A DNA stretch of 48,799 nt from the NCBI GenBank assembly GCA_050613775.1, contig JBODTK010000010.1, positions 1,550,001 to 1,598,799 of the forward strand, in the 5' to 3' direction. Positions 26,206 through 39,873 of the stretch are shown piece by piece. The translations under genes were made by a program, and so were the position numbers. The notes below the pieces were generated by a model that was not told where the DNA came from, ran no database searches, and worked only from the letters and a program-made list of their open reading frames with translations. The stretch comes from Neocallimastix sp. 'constans' (lineage: Eukaryota). Numbering within the stretch: position 1 is the stretch's first letter; each line of letters opens with the position of its first letter.

Positions 26206-27660
26206 TTTTATTTTATTCAATCTGTACTTTCTTATTTAATATTCTACTATTTATTTTATTTTATTTTATTCAATCTGTACTTCATATTTATATTTCAACT
26301 ATATATTTTATTTTATTTTATTTTATTTTATTTTATTTTATTTTATTTTATTTTATTTTATTTTATTTTATTTTATTTTATTTTATTTTATTTTATTTTA
26401 TTTTATTTTATTTTATTTTATTTTATTTTATTTTATTATATTTTATTTTATTTTATTTTATTTTATTTTATTCAATCTGTACTTATATTTATGTTCTACT
26501 ATTTATTTTATTTTATTTTATTTTATTTTATTTTATTTTATTTTATTTTATTTTATTTTATTTTATTTTATTTTATTTTATTTTATTTTATTTTATTTTA
26601 TTTTATTATATTTTATTTTATTTTATTTTATTTTATTTTATTCAATCTGTACTTTATATTCATATCCTACTATTTATTTTATTTTATTTTATTTTATTTT
26701 ATTTTATTTTATTTTATTTTATTTTATTTTATTTTATTTTATTTTATTTTATTTTATTTTATTCAATCTGTACTTTATATTCATATCCTACTATTTATTT
26801 TATTTTATTTTATTTTATTTTATTTTATTTTATTTTATTTTATTTTATTTTATTTTATTTTATTTTATTTTATTTTATTTTATTTTATTTTATTTTATTT
26901 TATTATATTTTATTTTATTTTATTTTATTTTATTTTATTCAATCTGTACTTATATTTATGTTCTACTATTTATTTTATTTTATTTTATTTTATTTTATTT
27001 TATTTTATTTTATTTTATTTTATTTTATTTTATTTTATTTTATTTTATTTTATTTTATTTTATTTTATTTTATTATATTTTATTTTATTTTATTTTATTT
27101 TATTTTATTCAATCTGTACTTATATTTATGTTCTACTATTTATTTTATTTTATTTTATTTTATTTTATTTTATTTTATTTTATTTTATTTTATTTTATTT
27201 TATTTTATTTTATTTTATTTTATTTTATTTTATTTTATTTTATTATATTTTATTTTATTTTATTTTATTTTATTTTATTCAATCTGTACTTTATATTCAT
27301 ATCCTACTATTTATTTTATTTTATTTTATTTTATTTTATTTTATTTTATTTTATTTTATTTTATTTTATTTTATTTTATTTTATTTTATTCAATCTGTAC
27401 TTTATATTCATATCCTACTATTTATTTTATTTTATTTTATTTTATTTTATTTTATTTTATTTTATTTTATTTTATTTTATTTTATTTTATTTTATTTTAT
27501 TTTATTTTATTTTATTTTATTTTATTTTATTTTATTTTATTTTATTTTATTTTATTTTATTTTATTTTATTTTATTTTATTTTATTTTATTTTATTTTAT
27601 TTTATTTTATTTTATTTTATTTTATTTTATTTTATTTTATTTTATTTTATTTTATTTTAT
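26206..27660 (+). repeat. (TTTTA)n microsatellite punctuated by nine copies of a ~32-bp unit (compound higher-order repeat)
   Basis: TTCAATCTGTACTT... starts at 26216, 26269, 26471, 26641, 26762, 26938, 27108, 27278 and 27389. Confidence 0.95.
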
Positions 27661-27690
27661 TATTATTGAATTTTCTTTTTTTATCATAAT

Positions 27691-27721
<31 letters not shown>

Positions 27722-27889
27722 TTTTTTTTTCTATGATTTTGTTTTGTTTTGCTTTTTTGATTTTAATTAAATGGGAGAACTCTTCATAAAAACATTTTAA
27801 AAAACTATAAAACAGATCTAAAAACTTCTTATTGGTTAAATAAAATTATTGAAATAATTTTTGAACTTTTTTAATTATTATTCATATAT

Positions 27890-28220
27890 TTATTTATCTA
27901 TTTATCTATTTATTATTTATTATTCAATTATTTAATTATTATTTATTATTTATTATTTATTATTTATTATTTATTATTTATTATTTATTATTTATTATTT
28001 ATTATTTATTATTTATTATTTATATTTATTATTTATTATTTATTATTTATTATTTAATTATTTAATATTTATTATTTATTATTTATTATTTATTATTTAT
28101 TATTCAATTATTTATTATTCAATTATTTATTATTTATTATTTATTATTCAATTATTTATTATTTATTAATATTCTTTTTATTATTTATTATTTATTATTT
28201 ATAGTTTATTATTTATTATA
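27890..28220 (+). repeat. Imperfect (TTTATTA)n heptamer repeat
   Basis: Read directly; includes TTCAATTA variants. Confidence 0.8.
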
Positions 28221-28755
28221 ATAATTAAATATATATATATATATCACCTCAACACTTTATTGACTAACAACTTTCTATGATGAAAAAAAAAAAAAAGAAA
28301 AAAAAAAGTTTTTTTTTATATATATATTTATTTCATTTTTATATTTATAATTATATATAATATTTTATATATAGAAAGGATTTATATACTTATATATATA
28401 CTTCTTTACATATAAAATATTTTATTTTATTTTTATATATTTTTTATTTTTAAAATTTTAATTTTACTTTTAATTTTACTTTTAATTTTTTTTTTTTTTA
28501 TACTTTTTTTTTTTTATTTTTTTATTTTTTATTTCTAAAATATAAATTTTTTTTTAACTTTTTTTTATAGGACTGAAAGGGAAAATCTATTTTTTAATAT
28601 TCCTTTATTCTTTCATTCATTATTATTATTATTATTTATTTTTATACAATTACTATTATTTACTTATTTATATTTATTTATTATTCTAAAAAATAATTTA
28701 AAAAAATTTTTTTTTTTTTTTTTTGAATTATTTTTTTTACTTCTTTTTTTTTTTT

Positions 28756-30989
28756 TTAATTTATAGGTTGTCCTGGTTTATCGACAGCAACTGTAGGAAC
28801 TTTAAGAGAAGTTGACTTTGAAGAAGCGGAGGAAGCTGAAGAGACCGAAGAACCAGAATAGACAGAAGATCCAGAAGATGAACAAGAACAACTGGAACAT
28901 GAAGAATGAGAAGAATTCAAAGAAGATTTTGAGGATTTACTTTCTAAAGTTTTCATATCCTCCTTTAAAGTTAAGAATGGTGAAATAAGGGTTGGATTAG
29001 CATCTACTAAATCTTCAACAAAATCATTCTTTACACTTTCAGGAATTTCTAAAAGAACAAAAGATTTTTCCTTCTTTACAAAAAGACTATCATCACTACC
29101 AATTTTACCTTCATCTCGAGTAATTTCTGGTAAAGGTTCGAAAGTAGAATATTCATTTACCTCACGAGTCTTTCCCAATTTATTTTCATTACTGGAAGAA
29201 GCAGAAGATGAACTACTATTACTACTACTTAAACTACTTAAACTATCTTTAGAATTTAATTTTCTATTCTTCTTTTTATCACCACTACCATTACTGCGAC
29301 AACAGCAACAACAGCAAATGATTAATAAAATAACAACAATTACAGCACCAATAATAATATATGTAATGATATTTTTATTGCTAGTATCTTTTTTATCATT
29401 CACATCACAAACATTTAATGATTTATCACAAGAAAGCTTAGATTTAGTACATAATGAAGTTCCGGAGAAACTACAAGTTTTTAAACTATTTTTCATTTCT
29501 GGAATTTGACCAGTTAATTTATTATTAGCTAAATTACTATTAAATTCATTATTAATTTTCAAAGATTGATATAATTTTTTTTTTATAATTGTTTTCAATA
29601 TTATTAAATGTATTTCAATATGATAATGTTGATAATTTATGATGATGATGATTTGTTTAATGATATTTTATTATTAATAATAAAAACATAAATTTATATC
29701 AAATAATTTTAAAAATAAAAATAAATAAAATTATTATTATTATCATTTTATGATATTATTATTATTATTATTATTTTTGAATAAAATTATATTTTATTTA
29801 TGCTTAGGATAACCTTAATTTATAATATATTGAATAAAATAATAATTGTATGATGATATTCAAAAACTTACACATTTTCTAAAGATTTAATTTGGAAAAG
29901 TGATTCCGGAACAGCACCACTGAGATTATTATTATTTAAATTGAGGGTTTTTAATTTCTTTAAATTACCAAATTCATTATTGATGGTACCATCTAATTTA
30001 TTACCATTTAATTCTCTAATAATAATAATATACATATATACATATAAATATAAAATATATATTAATATTGCTATTATTATCATATTTGTTATTTTACACA
30101 TATACAAATAAATTTATTATTTCATAAAATAAACAATAAAAAAAAAAAAAAAAAAAAACTTACAAAATTTCTAAATTACTAATTTTAAATAAACTCTTTG
30201 GAATACTACCGGTTAATCCAGTTTGAGATAATGAACTAAATGCAATAAAAATTAATATAAATTTTCATAAATATATATATTAATTTTCAAAAGTTATTAA
30301 TATATTATTAAAATTCTAAAGTTAAAATTAATTGTTTTAACGAAAGGATAAAAAATTATGACAATTACAGTTGTTTAAGATTTGTTAATTCTCCAATTTT
30401 TTCGGAAAGAGTCATATTAAGTTTTACTGAATTTAATTTTCTATATTATAAACATTGATATATAATAATATTTAGCATTATATTTAGTATTATTGAATTA
30501 TTAAGCATTAATTGTTTGATACACATTTATAAAATTTATATTATTTTAAAATAACAATTGAAATTATTGTTATTATTTATATATTATTACTATAATACAT
30601 CAACAATAAATTATTTTGAAAAATGATGATTTTTGTATATAAATATAATATATAAAAAAAAAAATTTTTTTTTCTTCTTACATTGCTTCTACTTTATTGT
30701 TGACACAAGTAAATTCAGCTTTTTTATTACAACAATTATTAATATCCTTGAACCATGGATAGGTGGCCTTAAGACCACTGAATACATCCTTTAAAATTTC
30801 ACAATCAGATCCGACTTTTTTAGATTCAATAGCTTTAGCTCTAGCATTATTAGTTTCTTTTGTAGCTTTAGCTGTTGCTTTACTTGAAGTTGTTGCTGAA
30901 GTTACAGTAATTGTTGTAGTCTTTGGAGTATCCTTAGCCAAAGTCAAGCAGAAGAAGGCAAAGAATGTAAATAATGTTGAAATCTTCAT
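28756..30989 (-). CDS. Single-pass LRR receptor-like protein (plant-type LRRs, no kinase), 5 exons
   Basis: Exons 30989-30682, 30440-30369, 30235-30164, 30015-29872, 29536-28756; GT-AG, all introns phase 2. Signal peptide MKISTLFTFFAFFCLTLA, Thr/Ala stalk and Cys N-cap (DC..W..NCC..FTC). About 5 LRRs of type LxLxxNxLxGxIPxxLxxLxxL, then a Cys C-cap, TM IITYIIIGAVIVVILLII, CCCCCC and a Ser-rich tail. Confidence 0.9.
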
Positions 30990-31323
30990 TTTGTTTATTT
31001 ATTTAGTTAATTTAATTTAAATATAATGTAAATTGTGTAGTTTCCTTTTTTATTTTTATTTTTTAATTTTTATTATTAATATAATTGTTAATAAGTTTTA
31101 TATATATATATTTATTTATTATTTTTATTGTTTTAATTTCTTTTATTTTTTTTAACTTAAATATTATTAAATATATCTTGTTGTAACTGTTTATTATTTA
31201 TAATATAAAACAAAAAATATATATATATATATATTATATTTTTTATGAGATATTTATTAATATAAAATTATAAAATTATACCGAAATAATTTATATATAA
31301 TAAATAAAAGATATATATTTATA

Positions 31324-31362
<39 letters not shown>

Positions 31363-33199
31363 ATTAGCTTTATTATACAATAAACAAATTTGAATTTAAA
31401 TTTTCAATTTATGAAATTTATATATATTAAAATATACTGATAGATCCTATTATTCAACAACAAATCATATAATATAAAAATTGTTACAATATATATATAT
31501 ATATCAAAGTTTATTTGTTTGTTTGTTTTTACCTATTAAATAAAATGATATTAAGAATTTTTTTGTATGATAAAAAAAAATAATTATTATATATATAATT
31601 TTTTCTTAATTGATAAATATATATACAAATAATAAATTGTTTTATGATATCAAATTCTTAAAAGTCTATAAAATGTATTTTATTTCTTCTCTTTTTTTTT
31701 TTTTTTTCTATTTTTATTTTTGGGAGGAAAAAAAATATATATATATATTTATTTAATAGAACATATTTTTGTTAACTTTTTTTCTTTTATTATTTATTAT
31801 CTTCTTAATGTATTTTTTTTTTTTTTTTTACTTTATTTCTAAAAGAAAATAAATTTCAAACAATTAATAAAATGTTTTAAATTTATTTTCCTTTAAAGAA
31901 ACTCTTAATTCTCTTTTCTTTTCTTTTCTTTCTTTTTAAATGTTTCTATATTTTATATATATATTAATAATAATATATATAAAAAAATAAAAAAATAAAA
32001 AATAATAAAAAGAAGAAAAAAAAAAAGTAAACAATAAAGAATAATAAAAAAATGAAAAAATTTTAAAAAATAAAAAAAAAAAAAATAAAAAAAAAATTTA
32101 AATAAAAAATTTAAATATGAAATTTTATATATTTGAATACTAAACATAATATATGATAACTATACAAAACAAATAAATATTATTTATTATACATTACATT
32201 TATCTTATATATTAGAATTAATTATCAATTTTTTTACTTTTTTATTTATTTATTTATTATCTTTTAAATATATTATAATTTATTATAATATATTTATTTA
32301 TTTAATTTTTATTTATTTATTTATTTTTATTAAAAATTTTTTTCAATTTTTTCTTTTAATATAAAAAAAAACTTTTTTGTTAAGATAAAATTTTTAATTT
32401 ACTGATTTAGTTTTATTATATATATTATATATAGCATATTATATATTATAATTGATTACTTTTTATTGTAATTAAATTGTATATTTTAGAACTATTTGTC
32501 ACACCCACTTTAAACTTTATTTAATAATAAAATTTAAATTAAAAGTAAAATGAAACATGAATAAGTAAATAAATGAATAAATAAATAAAAGTTAAATAAA
32601 TGGTCAATAAAGGTTAAATATAAATGAATAAAATAATAACATGTAAATAAATGATTAGTGTTTAATTAATAAAAGTAAATGAATAAATACAAAAATAAAT
32701 TTTTGTTTTTTGGAAAGAATTTTTTTATATTTATTTAAATTAATTTTATATTTTTAATTTAATTATTGAGTTATTTATTCTTATTTATTTAATTTTATTA
32801 TTTATTTATTTTTCATTTATCTATCCATTTATATATTATTTAATTAATTAATTATTCATTCATTCATTTAAATTATTATTAATTATTTTATATTTAATTA
32901 TCGAAAATTATAAAGATGAAAGATGAAAAATAAAAAATAAAAAAATTTAAATAATAATCATAAAAATATAATAAAAGGATAAAAAAAAAAAAACTTAAAA
33001 AATAAAAAAAAAAGGATTTTGAATATTTTATTATATATTTTTTTTTATTTATTTTTATTTTTATTTTTTTTTTTTTTTTTTTTTTTTTATATTCGTATTA
33101 TAATGAAGAGGATGCATATATTATTGTATTCTTCCAATAAATCTTTATTATCTTTATGATTTTTTTTTCATTTATTTCAAATTTATTATGATGAATGAA

Positions 33200-33780
33200 T
33201 TAGCTAAATTGATGTTGAAAGAGCTCTTCCCCTTCAATTTGTTTATCTGAAAGGCTTGAGGAATGAAAAAAAAAAAAAGATGTGTCAAGTGAGCCTAATG
33301 TACTTCCATTGAAGTATACATTGTGGATGAATTATTATTAATTTTGAAGTAATGTCGAGAATACGAAAACCAGGAGAGCAGTAAGAATATCCTAAGAAAA
33401 TATCTGATTTTTATATACTATTTTCAAAATTTCCCTGTTCGTAAATATTAAAGAAGAAGTTAAAAAAAAAAAAAAACACCTTACATCAAGAAAAAAACTT
33501 AAAGTTTAGATTCCCTGATGTGAATTTAGTTTGTACAATGTACATGTACATTTAATAGCTTCATCCTACAAGATAGGTGATAATTTAGAAGTAATGCTAT
33601 TGCATTATTATCTAATGTCTGATTAATCCTTTCGGCGAAACCATTCTATTGGGAATTACCTGATGTAGAATAGAATGATTAAATGTAATTCTATTATTTT
33701 TGAGGTAATTTGAAAAATTAGAGTTATTATATTCTAAATGCTTATCAGATTTTACTTTTCTACTGTAGTCATCGATAAAA
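33200..33780 (-). mobile_element. Decayed Ty1/Copia integrase fragment
   Basis: KVKSDKHLEYNNSNFSNYLKNNRITFNHS/SGNSQ*NGFAERINQTL…L*DEAIKCTCTLY…GYSYCSPGFRILD. These match the Copia SDNGxEY, NGxAERxNRTL and SH3-like motifs. Confidence 0.85.
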
Positions 33781-33859
33781 TTTAATAAATAAAATACTAA
33801 ACATTCATTAAATATTAAAATAAAATAAAATAAAATAAAATATTAACAGTTGTGTTAAA

Positions 33860-35330
33860 ATGACTATATCAGAAGATTCAACAACTATAAGAAGTTTTTC
33901 AAGTATAGCAACAAATACAACAACAAATACAATAAATAAAAAAGGAAAATTTTCAAAAGCGGGCCTATCCAAACTATTTGAAATAGAAATGAATATAAAG
34001 AATAAAGAAGATTGACTTTAAGTTGTATTTAAATAATCAAAATTCATTATTTACAGAATATAATAATGAAGCAAAATTACAAAATAAATCAGAATTGAGT
34101 GAAAAAATAAAATATTTATATATTCTTTAGAGGAATGAAACAAAATCGGAATACAAATTCATTCACATTTTGATATGTTGAAAGCGTATTTTTTTTTTTT
34201 TTTGCAGTTGCAATTATTGCGAACTTTAAATTTTATTTATTTATCCATTTATTAATTACATGAATATTCTTTTTTTTTTTATAAAAAACGCTCGATTAAT
34301 AAAAAAAATAAGTATTAATTGTCCAATTTGAACATAATAATATTTTAAAATAATAATGTGAAATAAAAATAATATTCAAAATAATGTGTATAAATAAATT
34401 CAGAAAAAAAGTTCATAGCTACTAATCTCACCTCCAGATTGTAAGATTTCCGTTTAAACTGAATTCTTATTTCTGATTAGGATTTGAACTAAGTAACATT
34501 AAAAAAAAAAAAAAAAATTATGGTCTTCTCCTTTAGAGGCATTGGTCCTGTTAGCCTGTCTTTACTGCATTTTCAGCGTTGATGTTTTCTGGTTAGTTTA
34601 CGCTTATACCATAGGAATAGAAACCCTTGTCGAGTAGTAGCTCAAGGCATAATTTCTATAAAGAGAGCCGAAGATCGTACCAAGAATGGTGTTTTAGAAT
34701 AACCATCAGAAATGATTTGGTTCTTGAACGAAAAAATCTCATTCCTTATAATAATTTAAATCAATAATGTCTGCATCTCTTCCACTAAGAAGGGAGTTAT
34801 ACAGTTGGTACTACGTCACATATATATTTACACACTCCTTATCCAGAAAATTACTTAAATTAACACGATTTTCAGCAATTGAACTATTCACTTCATTAAT
34901 AGTATCTATTGTTATTATTATTATTATTATAAACTTTGTTACTACCCTCAGAATCTGTACTTAATTCAATAATTTTCATATCTGTGATAACAGTGTTTAC
35001 ATTATTATTTAATATTGGACAATATTTAGAAATTATAAAAAATTTTTCATAAAGAATTTCAATATCATTAAAATATTTCATTCGAATATCACAAAAAAGA
35101 AAGTAGAAAACCAATGTTTCAATGGAGGATTACTATTTTTTCTATAACAACAAGGACATCTTTCTAGACAGTCTTCTTCAATCATATTGGAAAGAGTATT
35201 CAAGAATTTTAAACCAATACATATCCAATCTAAATATCATAATCAAGAAAAGCAAAAAGTATTAGAAGGGCAGATATCAAGGAAGAAGTATAATCAGTAC
35301 GAAAATCAAATTAACAGAGTCTTTTCTATA
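33860..35330. mobile_element. Cluster of decayed ORF fragments, probably further TE remnants
   Basis: GC-richer patches with broken frames on both strands (+ MTISEDSTTIRSFSS…; minus …NEVNSSIAENRVNLSNFLDKECVN…) next to the Copia integrase. No diagnostic motif recognised. Confidence 0.35.
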
Positions 35331-35387
35331 TAATTTCAATCAAAAAAAAAACTAAATTCTAAACAAATACTGTATGCGTCATATTTC

Positions 35388-35423
<36 letters not shown>

Positions 35424-35442
35424 AAGATTTCCATTGTAATAT

Positions 35443-35477
<35 letters not shown>

Positions 35478-36180
35478 CAAATATTTTTTTTTTATTTATA
35501 TTTTTTTATTTATTAATTATTTTTTTTTTAATATTTTTTTCTATCATTTTGTATTTTAATAACTTTATATATATTTATATTCTATAATATTTTTGTTCTT
35601 TTTCTTTTTTTTTTAAGTAATTTTTTTTGTTTAAATACAAAAAACAAAAAAAAAAAACAAAAAAAAACAAAAAAAAAATTCATTGTTTTAAATAATAATT
35701 GTTATTATTTTTATACTAAAAAATTAAAATCTATTAAATTAATATTTATATATCTATGTATAAAATAAAACAAAAAAAAAAATAAATAAAAAAGAAAAAA
35801 AAAAACATTATTGTAATACTTAGTTTTATTAGTTGGATATATAAATAAAATTAAAATATGTAAAAAACAAATATTTATATTAAATAGCTATTTAAAAATT
35901 ATAAAAGAAAAATAAAATAAAATGTACTAATTAATTAAACAATTGAAAAAAAAAATAAAATACAACTTGTAAAATGTAAATTGAATTTTAAAATGCAAAA
36001 AAAAAAAAAACTTTTGGTATGATTATGATTTATTATGAAACAGAAAAAAATGTAAAAAAAAAAAAAATGTATATAAATTTTTTTTATGATTATTTCAGGA
36101 ATAAAAAAAAGTAAACGATAAAAGAGGGAGTATGATATTTGCTTATCAATCAATCTTTGTATATATTTATTTTTTTTTGA

Positions 36181-38697
36181 TTACTTCTTTACTGTTAAAT
36201 TAGTTTAAAAATTTCGTTCATGGATTATAATTGGTTGTTGTTAAGAAATATCATATAAAATTTAAATATATACATAACAAGATATAATAAATAATAAATT
36301 ATAAATAATTAATAGAGTGATTAGTTAAAGAAATTCAGATTAGGTATATAAAATAATTATTAAATATATATATATATATTGATAGATATATTAATAATAA
36401 ATAAATAAATAAATAAAATAAAATAAAATAAAATAAAATAAAATAAAATAAAATAAAATAAAATAAAATAAAATAAAATAAAATAAATAGTAGAATATGA
36501 ATATAAAGTACAGATTGAATAAAATAAAATAAAATAAAATAAAATAAAATAAAATAAAATAAAATAAAATAAAATAAAATAAAATAAAATAAAATAAAAT
36601 AAAATAAAATAAAATAAAATAAAATAAAATAAAATAAAATAAAATAAAATAAAATAAAATAAAATAAAATAAAATAAAATAAAATAAAATAAAATAAAAT
36701 AAAATAAAATAAAATAAAATAAAATAAAATAAAATAAAATAAAATAAAATAAAATAAAATAAAATAAAATAAAATAAAATAAAATAAAATAAAATAAAAT
36801 AAAATAAAATAATAAAAAAAAATAAAAATAATTTTTTTTCTATATATATATATATATGTATTGATTGATTAGTTATAGATAAATATTATATTAACCTTTT
36901 TACCCTTCTTTCCCTTTTTACCCTTTTTCTTTTTACCACCTCGTTTCTTTTCCATTTCCTGCATATATTTATTAATATCAAATATTTTTGAAAATATGTC
37001 TGATTTCATTCGTTCAGTGACTTGACAAATAAAAATAGGGGCGGTTTTCTTTTTAGCAGCGACAATGGCTTTACGAGCTTTCAACGCTTCCAACATAATT
37101 TCTCCTCCATTATTACCAATACTATTACCACGAAGATCTAGATGTGTAATCGCTGATTCTTCTCGTGAAACAGCATCTGCTAAATAGGTTAATGTAGATG
37201 TGGTAATTCTTATTGAATTATTATTCGTATTACTACTATTATTACTTTCGTCTAGGTTAACGGTGGAACCTTGCTTACTTTTACTACCACTACCATTTAT
37301 ACTTGTATTATCATTATCATTAACACTTTCATGAACACTGGATGCATCACCTCCATTACCACTACCACTACCATTCTCTGCATCCATGCCATTCGTGACC
37401 GTACTGGCATTGTAATTATTATTCGCTTGTGAGGTTAGATCGGTACTGGGGTTAGAGTTCATAAGATTGACCTCATTACTTAAGCCAGCAGAGACGAGAC
37501 CTCCAGCCCCAAAGGAAGAATTTTGGGTATTATTGTTGTTATTAGTAGCAGATGAAGGGGAAGAGGAAAGATTTGATTTAGATGCCGCAGGGGTCAGTAA
37601 AGTTCTACCGTAGAGTTCCTGTTCATCGGTGATATTATTGGAGGAGAGATTGAGTACCTTCAAGACATTATTATTCATTAAAGCGGTAGCTAAAAACATG
37701 ACGCCATCCTGACCTATGAAATTTCCACATAAATCTAATTCACTTTATAAATATATATATGAATAATAATAAATAATAATAAATAATAATAAATAATAAT
37801 AAAAAATAATAAAAAATAATAATAATAAAATTATATTTTTAAAATTTGTATAAATAATGCATATATATTAATATTAATATTAATAAAGATTCATTATGTT
37901 TATATATAATATTATAATACATATATATTTATATAAAATAAAATAAAAAAAAAAAAGGAAAAACAAATTACAGTAAAAGGTATATATATATATATATATA
38001 TAATTTTTATATTCTTACTCTCACTTACGTTATAGTTTTATTTCCACCAAGTAGAGGGATTATTGCTTCACAAAATTCACCGGAAGCTTCGCAGTACCTT
38101 AAACTTAGCTTTTTCACCTTTGAAGCTGAATTCTCTTTAATTCCGAGGAAGAGGTTAACGATACCCTCTCCACGTAAGGGGTTATGATCCAATGAAATAT
38201 CTTCCAAGGACTCTGAATTTCGTAAAATGGAAGCGAGATAGATGGAATTTTCAACATTACAGTTACAGTACAAGAATTGGAATACCTCTAAATATTTATG
38301 TCTTGATAAAAATTTATCCTATACCAAAATAAAAAAAAATTATAACATAAAAAAAATTAAAAAAAAAAAAATATAAAAATATAAATAATATAATAAAAAA
38401 ATATAATAAAAAAATATAATAATAAAAAATTATAATAAAAAAATTATAATAAAAAAATTATAATCAAAAAAAATTTAAAATAAAAAAAAAATATAATATA
38501 AAAAAATTTAAAATAAAAAAAAAATTATAATATAAAAAAAATATAATGAAAAATGATAATATAAAAATATATATTTATATATATAATAATAAAATTTTAG
38601 GTTTTATTATTAGTATAATTAGTATATTTAGTATTATTATCATTTGAAAAGGTATTCCCATATAATAATATTAAATTTGCGTATTTATAAAATAAAA

Positions 38698-38738
<41 letters not shown>

Positions 38739-38743
38739 AATAA

Positions 38744-38774
<31 letters not shown>

Positions 38775-39839
38775 AGATATATTTAAATATTGAATATTAA
38801 TAAAATATATTTAAAATGTATATATATAGAAATGTAGAAATATGTATTAGCAAATTATAAAAAAATAGTAATCATTAAAAAAAAAAAAAAAAAATTAAAC
38901 ATAAAAATAAAAATAAAAAATATATGGAATTAATATTTTAAATGATTATATGATAATTAATATTATAAATGAGTATATAATTATTTAAATATGATATATA
39001 TATATAATAATAATTATTATTATTAATTATTATTAATTATTATTAATATTATTATTATTTTTAAGTAAAAGTTATAAAAATAAAAGATACTACGAAGGGG
39101 AAATATGAAGAAAAAAAGAGAGAATGAACAAAAATAAAACAAAAAAAAAAAAAAAAAAAAAATAAAAAAAATAAAAAAAAATAAAAAAATAAATAAAAAG
39201 ATAAATAATTAAAAATAAATAATTTGATAAATAAATAAATATATAAAATAAATAAATAGATAAATAATTAAAAAATAAATAAATAAATAAATAAATAAAT
39301 AAAAAATGCAACATTAAAAGATTTACCATTGCAATGTAAGCGCCCTTATCCATTTGAACATTCCATAGACAAAGGGTTTTCAAATATTTAAAATTCTGAA
39401 AAGAAGTTGATAAGGCATACATATCATTACAATTCATTTGAAACGAATCTATGATAATCTAAGTTAGGAATAGTTACATATATATATATATTTATAGAAT
39501 ATTAAAATACATATATATATATGTGATAGATAGACATAATAAGTTTATATATATAGATATATATATATGGATATATAAAATAAAAGAAATTAGATTGTTA
39601 TATTCAAATAAAAATTCATATATTATTGCATTCTATTAAAAAAATTTTTTATCACTTTAATTTTTATTACTATTATTATTACTACAACCTACAAGTTTTT
39701 ATGACTTTTTCTATTTTTTTTTTTTATACTTTATTTTCTCTTTTTGTTATTATTAATATTAATATTAATTTTATTTTTTTTTATTCTATTCTATTTTTTA
39801 TGCTTCATTATTTCTATTTCTATTATTAATAAAAAAAAA

Positions 39840-39873
<34 letters not shown>

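Noticed and set aside
26216..27420. CRISPR-like array
   Set aside because: The spacers are microsatellite rather than unique sequence, there are no cas genes, and the context is eukaryotic.
26164..27736. Long 'FYFIL' ORFs (501, 243 and 202 aa)
   Set aside because: These are translations of (TTTTA)n, which has no stops on this strand.
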